Origin: Bacteroidota bacterium
Lineage (GTDB): Bacteria; Bacteroidota; Bacteroidia; J057; JADKCL01
Reading direction: 5' to 3'
DNA length: 64,000 nt
Assembly (NCBI GenBank): GCA_039024435.1
Contig: JBCCQH010000011.1
Location: 11,940 to 75,939 of the forward strand
The stretch's first letter is position 1, and each line of letters begins with the position of its first letter. Shown here in pieces: positions 8,129 to 16,844 of the stretch. Under the pieces are notes generated by a model, which searched no databases, had not been told where the DNA came from, and saw only the letters and a program-made list of their open reading frames with translations. A program made the translations under genes and the position numbers.

Positions 8129-9601
8129 ATGAAAAAATCGCTATTTATCCTGCTGGTCGCCATTGCTGGGGGAACGATCATAAGTGCTTACGGCGGGCAG
8201 GCCGACGAGGGCGAGCCGACCAAAGTCGCCGAGGCATTTCTGAAGGCCATGCAGAAACAAAAATTCAAAAAGGCCCGCGCGCTTTGCGCCCGCAGTTCGC
8301 ACGAGACCTTTGATAACTACGTGAACAATTTGAACCCGGAAAACCCGTATCCCTACGGTGCGCCTTACGAAATCGGGAACGAAAAAATCCTGGAAGATCT
8401 CGATATGGCACGGGTCTATTACCAGCAAGAAGGAACAAGAAAAATCATCACCCTGAACCTAAATGAGGGGCAATGGGAAGTGGATTTCGACAAATTGCAG
8501 ATGCCCAGTTTTGCGGGAATTGACGAGGATTCCGAAGAAATCGCCGAGACGCCCTCCCAGCACGCGCAGCGACACCGGGCCATGCGCGAAGGACGGGCCC
8601 CCGAGCAGATAGCGCGCGCTTTCCTCGATGCCATGATACGGACGGACTACGCCACCGCCAAGATTTACGCCTCCAAGTCTTCTGAATCCGCCCTTGACTT
8701 GACGGCGACCAATCCCGAGCCGACCCTGACTGGTTATCGGATCACCCAAGTCAGGGTAGACGAGCCCAGAGCAACGATTTTCTACATTGAAGACGGCGAG
8801 ACGGCAGAGAAAGAGCTGGCTCTGGAACAGGATGACTTGGGCAACTGGGAAGTATTTTTCACCAAAGAAGGTTCCACCGAAACGCCCCTTTCCGATGAAG
8901 CGCAGGAGCAAAAAAATGCCGATGAATACCGCGAATACCGGGAAGGCCTTTCTGCCGAAACAACAGCGGCCAATTTCTTGGGGGCCATTGCCCGTTCGGA
9001 TTTCGAAACCGCCCAGCGCTATGCCTCTTATTCTTCACAGATGCCGATTCTAATGCTCGGAGCGGCCGAAGAAAATAGCATGAGCGGAGCCCGCCTCCAG
9101 CGGGTCGAAGTCAACGGTGACAAAGCGGTGGCATATTATCTTGAGGGGGAGGAAACGGTTGAGAAAGAACTCAAGTTGAACCGGGATCCCAATGGACTCT
9201 GGCAGGTGATTATGACCAAAGACGAAGGGGCCGCTGATGCGGTGACCAACCCAGCGGAACAAAAGCAGCGTCACGCGGACAAGAACGTTGCAGTGCGCCG
9301 CGACCGCAGCGCCGAAGAAATCGGAACGGCATTCTTGAGTGCATTTGCCGAAAACGACTTTGCCCTCGCCAAGCAATACGCCTCCTACGAGTCCCAAACG
9401 AGCATCGATATGCTGGAAATGAGTGAGAGCAATCCCCTAAAAAGCGCAAGGATTTCGCGGGTAGTGGAAAATGGAGAGACCGCAACCCTCTATTACCGGG
9501 AATTTCTCGATTCCACGGAAAAAACCCTCAGCATGAACCGCGATCCCAATGGATTCTGGCAAGTAATCCTGAACAAGGATTCCGAGGGCAATATTGATTA
9601 G
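8129..9601 (+). CDS. Exported protein with four tandem DUF4878/NTF2-like repeats
   Basis: Signal peptide; four repeats of the same unit as in the upstream gene (later ones end L..D.(N/L)G.W(Q/E)V). Confidence 0.85.
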   Translation: MKKSLFILLVAIAGGTIISAYGGQADEGEPTKVAEAFLKAMQKQKFKKARALCARSSHETFDNYVNNLNPENPYPYGAPYEIGNEKILEDLDMARVYYQQEGTRKIITLNLNEGQWEVDFDKLQMPSFAGIDEDSEEIAETPSQHAQRHRAMREGRAPEQIARAFLDAMIRTDYATAKIYASKSSESALDLTATNPEPTLTGYRITQVRVDEPRATIFYIEDGETAEKELALEQDDLGNWEVFFTKEGSTETPLSDEAQEQKNADEYREYREGLSAETTAANFLGAIARSDFETAQRYASYSSQMPILMLGAAEENSMSGARLQRVEVNGDKAVAYYLEGEETVEKELKLNRDPNGLWQVIMTKDEGAADAVTNPAEQKQRHADKNVAVRRDRSAEEIGTAFLSAFAENDFALAKQYASYESQTSIDMLEMSESNPLKSARISRVVENGETATLYYREFLDSTEKTLSMNRDPNGFWQVILNKDSEGNID

Positions 9602-10102
9602 TGCGCTTCAAGGTTCGATTTTCGTTTGCCCGGAAGCGACTTTGCCCGCAATCACAATTCCATTTATTGGGGGCCGTAGCGCGCGCGGTCTCGCGCGCTA
9701 CGGCTATAATTTCTTGATGCCGGATGCGGAGGAAGAAATCCAGTCTGGGCCGGAAGGATGGAAGTGGACAATTCCCCAAAACGAAGGTGCCTGGTGCAAT
9801 TTACCGCAATACCACCGGTGGGCGAAGACCCGGAAGCACCCGTCGTGGGTCCGCCCGGCAGGCATGATGCCGGACGCATACCGGGCATTGAAAATCAAAG
9901 CGAGAAAACGACTTGTCCATCATCCCAAAAATCCCGAACCATCGGAGAAAATTGAGATGTGTCCCTACCTACCCCAAAAAGTAATCAGGGGCACCTGGCG
10001 GCGCCCCTGGGATCATTGCTGCTATTTAAGATGGGCTAAAATGAGATGGGAAAAAACTGCTAGGATCTACATAGTAGATATATTTCTATTCTTGCACAGC
10101 GA

Positions 10103-10318
10103 TTAAGCTGCGTACTCGATGTCTTCGTAATAAGTTTCCAGCTCTTCAAAGTAGAGCTCATCAAAAGGATCGCGGCTCACCATTTCCGGAAGCTCCGGCT
10201 CCGTACTGGAATCGGTAACCAAACCCATGCACAACTCACAGGTAGCACCGACATTGAGCAGGTGCTGGTTGGGGCAAGTGCAAGCGTGGACCTGGGTGTT
10301 GAAAATGATGCTGTTCAT
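10103..10318 (-). CDS. Small Cys-rich acidic protein (71 aa; CxC-x11-CxxC), paralog 2
   Basis: CTCPNQHLLNVGATCELCMG ... YFEELE ... YAA; A-rich TIR (AAAACAATT-ATG). Confidence 0.7.
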   Translation of the reverse strand: MNSIIFNTQVHACTCPNQHLLNVGATCELCMGLVTDSSTEPELPEMVSRDPFDELYFEELETYYEDIEYAA

Positions 10319-10359
10319 AATTGTTTTCCTTTTGGTGACACTACAAATATTCGGAGTGC

Positions 10360-10380
10360 TTTTGACACCTCGTGTCAAAA
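10360..10380. promoter_or_regulatory. Palindromic operator TTTTGACAC-CTC-GTGTCAAAA upstream of mini-protein 2
   Basis: Perfect 9-bp arms; AATATTTG -7-like box 11 nt after TGTCA on the minus strand. Confidence 0.75.
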
Positions 10381-10687
10381 ACCACAACAATATTTTTTGC
10401 CTTTGCCTTTTTCATTGGTACGAATATACCATTTTTATTAGCGAATAAAAATAGCTTTGCGATCATTTTGCAAACTTTTCTCTGCTCCCGGGCTTTCCCG
10501 TGCACCCAAAACCCACTTATCCGAACGGCAGATACTAATTTTATTGACGAAATACTTCCCGACCAGCGATTTTTATTCGGAACTAAATCTTTCGCAACGA
10601 ACTGATCTCGGAAAATGTGCAAATCTCGCCCCTCGGAAATAGAGTAATTTCCCTACATTTAAATAGTTGTCAGGAAGTAGCCACAAT

Positions 10688-12031
10688 ATGAATACCGAAC
10701 CCAAGCGGCCCATTGCGATTGACCTCTTCGCCGGGGTTGGGGGGATGAGTTTGGGGTTTGAACAGGCGGGTTTTGATATCATTGGTGCAGTGGAAATCGA
10801 TCCGATTCACGCAGCCGCCCATCGGTACAACTTTCCCCATTGCATCGTTTTCCCCCATTCTGTACGGAACTTGAGCGGCGCCCAAATTCGGGAAGGTGCG
10901 GGAATTGGTGACCGGGAAGTCGATCTGGTGATTGGGGGAGCGCCTTGTCAGGGCTTCTCACTCATGGGGCAGCGTGCCCTGGATGACCCCAGAAACGGCC
11001 TCGTCAAAGACTTCGTACGACTCGTCGCGGAATTGGACGCGGCCTACTTTGTATTCGAAAACGTCAAAGGGCTGACCGTGGGGAAACACCGGCGCTTTCT
11101 GGGAGAAATCATCGAAGAATTCCAAAAAATCGGCTATAACGTGCTGACTGAGTGGAAAGTTCTAAACGCAGCGGACTACGGGGTGCCGCAGAACCGCCAC
11201 CGGCTCATTTTAATGGGGGCCAAAAAGGGACGCCCCTTACCTGCCTATCCCAGTCCGATCACCTCCCCGGCGAATCAACCGACAATTTCCGATCTGCCCC
11301 CCGGCCCCAACTGCTTTGCCGCCATCGGGGACCTGCCCGAAGCCGAACACTTTCCGGAACTACTGGCCGGAGATGCGGTGCTCACCGACCAGTGGGCCAT
11401 CCCGAGCGACTACGCCCGGGAGATGAAATGCCAAACGCGCCGGGATTGGCACCTGGGCTACCGGCGCAATTTTGACCGAGCCTGGCTGACGGCCAGCGCC
11501 CGGACCAAGCACACGGCAATTTCGCGGGAGCGATTTCGCAATACCCCACCCGGAGAAGTCGAGCCGATCTCCCGCTTCTTTAAGCTCAACCGCACCGGCA
11601 TAAGCAATACCTTGCGGGCCGGAACGGACTCCTCTCGGGGAGCATTTACCAGTCCCCGTCCCATTCATTACGCGGCGGCGCGCTGCATTACTGTGCGGGA
11701 AATGGCCCGACTGCACGGATTTCCCGATTGGTTCCGCTTCCACGTAACGAAATGGCACGGCGCCCGCCAGATCGGCAATGCAGTTCCCCCTCCCCTCGCC
11801 CGGGCGGTCGGGAGTGCCATCCTGGCCGCGATCGGCACCGATCTCTCCCCCCCCGAAACCGTAGTCGAGTTGGGAGACTCGGCCTGGCTGAGATTGAACA
11901 TGGCCCAGGCAGCCAAATTTTTCGGCATCGAAGTGCCCATCGCCAAGCGCAACCGGAAAAGCGGGGCCAAAAAACGCAAACAATCGGAAATCAAAGCGCC
12001 CATCCAAGGCGTTCTCTTTCCAGAAAACTGA
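10688..12031 (+). CDS. DNA (cytosine-5)-methyltransferase
   Basis: Motifs I DLFAGVGG, IV GGAPCQGFS, VI FENVKG, VIII PQNRHR, IX/X TVREMARLHGFPD and QIGNAVPP. Confidence 0.95.
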   Translation: MNTEPKRPIAIDLFAGVGGMSLGFEQAGFDIIGAVEIDPIHAAAHRYNFPHCIVFPHSVRNLSGAQIREGAGIGDREVDLVIGGAPCQGFSLMGQRALDDPRNGLVKDFVRLVAELDAAYFVFENVKGLTVGKHRRFLGEIIEEFQKIGYNVLTEWKVLNAADYGVPQNRHRLILMGAKKGRPLPAYPSPITSPANQPTISDLPPGPNCFAAIGDLPEAEHFPELLAGDAVLTDQWAIPSDYAREMKCQTRRDWHLGYRRNFDRAWLTASARTKHTAISRERFRNTPPGEVEPISRFFKLNRTGISNTLRAGTDSSRGAFTSPRPIHYAAARCITVREMARLHGFPDWFRFHVTKWHGARQIGNAVPPPLARAVGSAILAAIGTDLSPPETVVELGDSAWLRLNMAQAAKFFGIEVPIAKRNRKSGAKKRKQSEIKAPIQGVLFPEN

Positions 12032-12193
12032 GAGGCTATTTAAATTTAATCCTGAAATTTTGTTATGGCAGCTTTTTCCGCCCCTCTTCAGCTATTTTGG
12101 AGTCCATAGCTCAGGCTATGGACTCCAAAATGAGCTTTGATGAACAAAAAAATCGGCGATAACAAATTTCACAAATCAATTTTAAAACGCCTC
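12032..12193. mobile_element. 162-bp MITE, IS5/IS1031-like ends, TGA target duplication
   Basis: TIRs GAGGCTATTTAAA/TTTAAAACGCCTC; flanking TGA on both sides; internal hairpin TTTTGGAGTCCATAGC-TCAG-GCTATGGACTCCAAAA; full-length relative at 24508. Confidence 0.8.
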
Positions 12194-12198
12194 TGAGC

Positions 12199-12996
12199 AT
12201 GGCCGAATCCCGCCGGAACCGCTACCAAGCATTGATCGAAAAAATCTTCTTCGACCACTACACGCCGGGGCGGGAGCAGTTTGAGTTTCACCGATCCGAG
12301 TTCGCCCCCGCCGCCATTGCCCTCGCCATCGCGTTGCCAAAAAACCTCGGCGATGTCATTTACTCGGTCCGCTACCGCACGCCGCTTCCGGCCTCGATTC
12401 GCGATACCGAACCCGCCGGCAAAGAATGGATCATCGACGGAGCGGGCCGCGCCAAATACCAGTTCCGCCTCGTAGCGATCAACCGCATCGTCCCGAATCC
12501 CGAACTTCGGGCAGTGAAAATTCCGGATGCGACGCCGGAAATCATCGCGGCCCACGCCCTCTCGGACGAACAGGCGCTCCTCGCCAAGGTCCGCTACAAC
12601 CGCCTCATCGACATCTTCCTGGGCATGGCCTGCTATTCGCTGCAAAACCACCTCCGGACCACGGTCAAAGATATCGGGCAGATCGAGATCGATGAGATTT
12701 ACGTCGGCGTCGATGCCCAAGGCCGCCAATACATCGTTCCGGTCCAGGCCAAAAGCGGGAAAGATCAACTGGCGACGGTGCAGACGAAACAGGACCTGGC
12801 TTGCTGCGCGGAAAAGTTTCCCGATCTCATTTGCCGGCCGATCAGCGCACAATTCATCGAGGACGACCTCATCGCGGTTTTTGAGTTGGCGATGGAAAAC
12901 CAAACGATCAAAATCGTACAGGAACGGCACTATCACTTGGTTCCCAGCCGATTCATTTCGTCAGCGGACCTGCGGGGCTACCGCAACCCTTCCTGA
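12199..12996 (+). CDS. Putative type II restriction endonuclease, PD-(D/E)xK-like
   Basis: Directly downstream of the m5C MTase; QIEIDEIYVG...IVPVQAKS resembles a nuclease active-site motif. Confidence 0.75.
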   Translation: MAESRRNRYQALIEKIFFDHYTPGREQFEFHRSEFAPAAIALAIALPKNLGDVIYSVRYRTPLPASIRDTEPAGKEWIIDGAGRAKYQFRLVAINRIVPNPELRAVKIPDATPEIIAAHALSDEQALLAKVRYNRLIDIFLGMACYSLQNHLRTTVKDIGQIEIDEIYVGVDAQGRQYIVPVQAKSGKDQLATVQTKQDLACCAEKFPDLICRPISAQFIEDDLIAVFELAMENQTIKIVQERHYHLVPSRFISSADLRGYRNPS

Positions 12997-13038
12997 ACGC
13001 CAAGCTTTCCCCAGCGGGGAAAATATTTCCCCGCACCC

Positions 13039-13064
13039 GCAACCTTTTCCCCGACCTCTCCGTA
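13039..13064 (+). promoter_or_regulatory. Putative ECF-sigma promoter
   Basis: GCAACC-N16-CGTA upstream of the VIT-vWA gene. Confidence 0.4.
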
Positions 13065-13191
13065 ATTCTAACGGTAAATCAATCTGTTTCCATTTCTTGT
13101 TTCCCTCCTTTTTCACCCGCCGGGTGACCGTTCGATATTGTCGCCGATTTCTCCAATAGTTTCTCGAACAACATTTCAAACAACATCCGCC

Positions 13192-15480
13192 ATGAATCAT
13201 CCATTGTTCAACCGCGTGCTGGGCTTCTGCCTGCTGCTTGTGCTGTCCGCTCCGATGGGCCTTTTTGCCCAGGCAAATGACGAAGACCGCACCTTGTCCC
13301 CCTATTTCCTGGTCAAAAGTGACCGCCCGGGCACCGATCAACTGCCGTTGAAATCCACCAATGCTGAAGTCAACATCGCCGGAGTAATCGCCGATGTCGC
13401 CGTCACCCAAGTCTACCAAAACGAAGGCTCATCCACCCTGGAAGCCATCTACACCTTTCCCGCCTCCACCCGAGCTGCCGTTTACGCCATGAAAATGACC
13501 ATCGGCGACCGCGTCATCGAAGCAAAAATCCGCGAACGCCAAAAGGCCCGCGCCGAATACGAAGCAGCCAAATCCGAAGGCCGCACCGCTTCTCTGCTCG
13601 AACAGGAACGCCCAAATGTTTTCACCATGAACGTCGCCAATATCCAGCCCGGTGATGTCGTGCAGGTGGAAATGAAATACACCGAATTGCTGATTCCGGA
13701 AAATGCCCTCTACGAGTTTGTTTATCCCACAGTGGTCGGCCCCCGCTACCACAGCCCGACCGCCGAAAGCTCGGCCGACCACGACAAGTTTGTGGCGACG
13801 CCCTACCTGCGCAAGGGCGAAAAAGCCCCTTACGACGTGGACATCCAGGTCAATCTGCGCACCGGTCTTCCCGTGCAGTCTGTCCACTCGCCCAGCCATC
13901 GGGTCAAGGTCGACCACCCCGACCTCAAGTCGGCCGTGGTGAAGCTGACTGCGGAAGAAACCAATCCCGGCAACCGCGACTACATCTTGCAGTACCAACT
14001 GGCCGGCGGACAAATCGAATCCGGACTGCTGCTCTACGAGCACGAGGACGAAAACTTTTTCCTGGCCATGGTCCAACCTCCCAAGCGCCCCACCCTTGCC
14101 GATATTCCGCCCCGCGAGTACATCTTCATCGTCGACGTATCCGGCTCCATGCGGGGCTATCCGCTGAACACTTCCAAGCAGTTGTTGCGCAACCTGATCA
14201 CCAATCTCCGCCCCACCGACCGCTTCAATGTGATCCTGTTTGCCGGCACCAGCGCCCAAATGCACGAAGAATCGGTTTTGGCCACCGAAGCGAATGTCGA
14301 AAAGGCCATCAACGTCATCGACAGCCAGGAAGGCAGCGGCGCCACCCAGCTTTTGCCCGCCCTCCAGCGCTCACTGGAGCTCCCCCGGGCCAAAAACCTG
14401 TCCCGTTCCTTTGTGATCGTGACCGATGGGTACATCAGCGTGGAACGTCAGGCATTTGACCTGATCCGCAACAACCTGAACCAAGCCAATTTCTTCCCCT
14501 TCGGAATCGGATCGGGCGTAAATCGCTACCTGATCGAAGGCATGGCCCACGTGGGCCAGAGCACTTCATTTGTCATCGATGGGCAAGTCGGCGCCCAAGC
14601 CGCCGCGGAAATATTCCGCAAGTACATCCAAACTCCCGTCTTGACCCAAATCGAATCGCGCTTCGCCGACTTTGAAGTCTACGACGTGGAGCCGAGCACC
14701 CTCCCCGATGTGATGGCCGAGCGCCCGGTACTGATCTACGGAAAATACAAGGGCACCCCCAAAGGCAAAATCATCATCGGTGGATATTCGGGGGAAAAAA
14801 CGCACCTCGAAACCATCAACGTGGCCGAATCGCGCCCCAATCCCAAGAATGCCGCGATCCGCTACCTCTGGGCCCGGGAAAAAATCCGCATGATCGACGA
14901 CTACAAGTCGGTTCAGAACGGTAGCCAGGCCGAGGCGGAAATCCAGCAGGTCACCGATCTCGGTCTCAAGTACAACCTCATGACGGCCTACACCTCATTT
15001 GTGGCGGTCGACAGCCGCGTGGTCAAGAAAAATGGCAAGCTGGTGACGGTGAAGCAGGCCGTACCGCTCCCGGAAAACGTGGAAGAAAGCGCCGTGGGCT
15101 TCAGCATGGGCACCGAATTGCTGGCTAAGGCCAAGCCTTCCGTCCCCCGCGACCTCACAACCATCGCGAAACCCCAAGCCCGTACGATCCAGACCTCGAT
15201 CTTTACCGTCCAGCTCGGCGCCCAGATTCCGGTGGCCTTCGATGCCTATCTCCAACTCTACGGAGCCCTCGGCCTGAACTGCCCGGCCGCAAATGCGGGC
15301 ACGGAGTACTTCACGGTCAGCCTCGAATTTGATGCGGCGGGGACCATCACCAAGGTAAAGGTCCGCGGGGCGCATCCCGATTTTGCCCGGTGCCTGGAAA
15401 ATGCCCTTAGGGCGTGGCCATCCGCACCGCTCGGCGAAGACGACCTCCGAAAGTTCACCTTCACCGTCACCCTGAATTAA
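13192..15480 (+). CDS. Exported VIT (vault inter-alpha-trypsin) + vWA domain protein
   Basis: Signal peptide; LEAIYTFP..AAVYAMKM (VIT); MIDAS DVSGSM, VTDG; MTAYTSFVAVD. Confidence 0.92.
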   Translation: MNHPLFNRVLGFCLLLVLSAPMGLFAQANDEDRTLSPYFLVKSDRPGTDQLPLKSTNAEVNIAGVIADVAVTQVYQNEGSSTLEAIYTFPASTRAAVYAMKMTIGDRVIEAKIRERQKARAEYEAAKSEGRTASLLEQERPNVFTMNVANIQPGDVVQVEMKYTELLIPENALYEFVYPTVVGPRYHSPTAESSADHDKFVATPYLRKGEKAPYDVDIQVNLRTGLPVQSVHSPSHRVKVDHPDLKSAVVKLTAEETNPGNRDYILQYQLAGGQIESGLLLYEHEDENFFLAMVQPPKRPTLADIPPREYIFIVDVSGSMRGYPLNTSKQLLRNLITNLRPTDRFNVILFAGTSAQMHEESVLATEANVEKAINVIDSQEGSGATQLLPALQRSLELPRAKNLSRSFVIVTDGYISVERQAFDLIRNNLNQANFFPFGIGSGVNRYLIEGMAHVGQSTSFVIDGQVGAQAAAEIFRKYIQTPVLTQIESRFADFEVYDVEPSTLPDVMAERPVLIYGKYKGTPKGKIIIGGYSGEKTHLETINVAESRPNPKNAAIRYLWAREKIRMIDDYKSVQNGSQAEAEIQQVTDLGLKYNLMTAYTSFVAVDSRVVKKNGKLVTVKQAVPLPENVEESAVGFSMGTELLAKAKPSVPRDLTTIAKPQARTIQTSIFTVQLGAQIPVAFDAYLQLYGALGLNCPAANAGTEYFTVSLEFDAAGTITKVKVRGAHPDFARCLENALRAWPSAPLGEDDLRKFTFTVTLN

Positions 15481-15587
15481 ATCGCCACGAAGCATTCCGA
15501 TCAGGTTACCTACCCCCGGACCGGGCCGGAATGCTTCCCTCTTTGATTATCGCACGCAATCCGATTCACCACGCTAACCGCACCACC

Positions 15588-16760
15588 ATGACCCAGCGCT
15601 CACGCACTCCACGAAATGTTGTTTTTGCCCTGCTCGCAGGGTTGTTCATCCTCGCCATCGTCGCGAGGGGATTTTTCACTGGCGAAAAGGCGGAGGGGGT
15701 GGTTCCCTCCGCCGACGCTGGCCCACCCTTTTCTCCCCCTGCACCCGCGGGGGACCGGGAAGACATCACCTTTATCCTGGGGGAAGACTCCGGCCCCACC
15801 AATCGCTACTACACCAATGCCCGCGCCTACTACGAATCCCATCCCGATGCCCGCACCGAGCACCTGGTGACGCACTTGCGTTCTCTGCTGGGCGTCCGCG
15901 ATTACCTGGAATCGCATCCACCGGCAAACGGTCACCCCTGGGGACGGATCAATCTCGTGGTCCACAGCAATGAATGGACCGGCATGGAGACCCCCGTGCT
16001 CCCGGGCGGCAAGCGTTCCGATGCTCCCAAAATTCAGGCAGCCATCGATCAAGGGTACTTTCCGCCGATTGTGGATGCCTTGATCGACCAAAAAACAGAA
16101 ATAGTGGTGTTTGGCTGTGCCCTGGGGCGCGACGAAACCATCCTTCACACCCTCCGCGCAGCCTTTGGGGGAGCCGAAGGCGACCCGGAACGGCCCCAGG
16201 TACGCTCTTCCCGCTACTTCATCAATTACCTTTCCGAGTGGGTGGGCGGGCGTCCCCACTCCTGCCGGCGGCTGCTGACCGATTTTCGCTACGCATTTTA
16301 TCCCACCGGATACCGACCTGCCGACTACCAACTGGTGGATCAGTTGCAGCGGTCCTATCCCAATGATTCAATGGCCTACTCCGGAGCCCTGGCCCGAAAG
16401 GCGCCCCGCTTTGCCGGGGACAGCTACCACCACACCTTTCGCGTTCCGATTGTAAAAGTCGTGCTGTACGAGCGTCCCGAGGACCGCCCCGATTTCAGCA
16501 CCGAAACCGCCCGTTCCGCCTGGTTTGCCCAGCAAACCGACCTGGACAGCGTGTTTTCCGCCTACCAGCTCACCAAGGAGCAATTCACCTGGACCTACCA
16601 AAAAATCCGCTACGAAGTGGCACCCGGCGAAAAAGTCCCCGCCGTCAAACTGATCGGTCTCTGCGACGTGGTCTGCATTCTCCAGCCCCTCCAAGACCCC
16701 CAGGGCCACCTCATCGACCCCAATCCCGACGATCTCCGTTTTTTTGCAAGCACGGATTGA
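15588..16760 (+). CDS. Membrane-anchored hypothetical protein with possible caspase-like His/Cys dyad
   Basis: N-terminal TM; INLVVHSN ... IVVFGCALG. Confidence 0.7.
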   Translation: MTQRSRTPRNVVFALLAGLFILAIVARGFFTGEKAEGVVPSADAGPPFSPPAPAGDREDITFILGEDSGPTNRYYTNARAYYESHPDARTEHLVTHLRSLLGVRDYLESHPPANGHPWGRINLVVHSNEWTGMETPVLPGGKRSDAPKIQAAIDQGYFPPIVDALIDQKTEIVVFGCALGRDETILHTLRAAFGGAEGDPERPQVRSSRYFINYLSEWVGGRPHSCRRLLTDFRYAFYPTGYRPADYQLVDQLQRSYPNDSMAYSGALARKAPRFAGDSYHHTFRVPIVKVVLYERPEDRPDFSTETARSAWFAQQTDLDSVFSAYQLTKEQFTWTYQKIRYEVAPGEKVPAVKLIGLCDVVCILQPLQDPQGHLIDPNPDDLRFFASTD

Positions 16761-16844
16761 CTTCGGATGGGATGATTTTCGATGGGTCGCTCAGAGCGGC
16801 AAAAGATCAGAAATCAAAAATCTGCTCATTGGAAATTGACCATT

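Noticed and set aside
9594-10106. 170-aa ORF downstream of the repeat proteins
   Set aside because: No recognisable motif or good start context; not supportable as a gene
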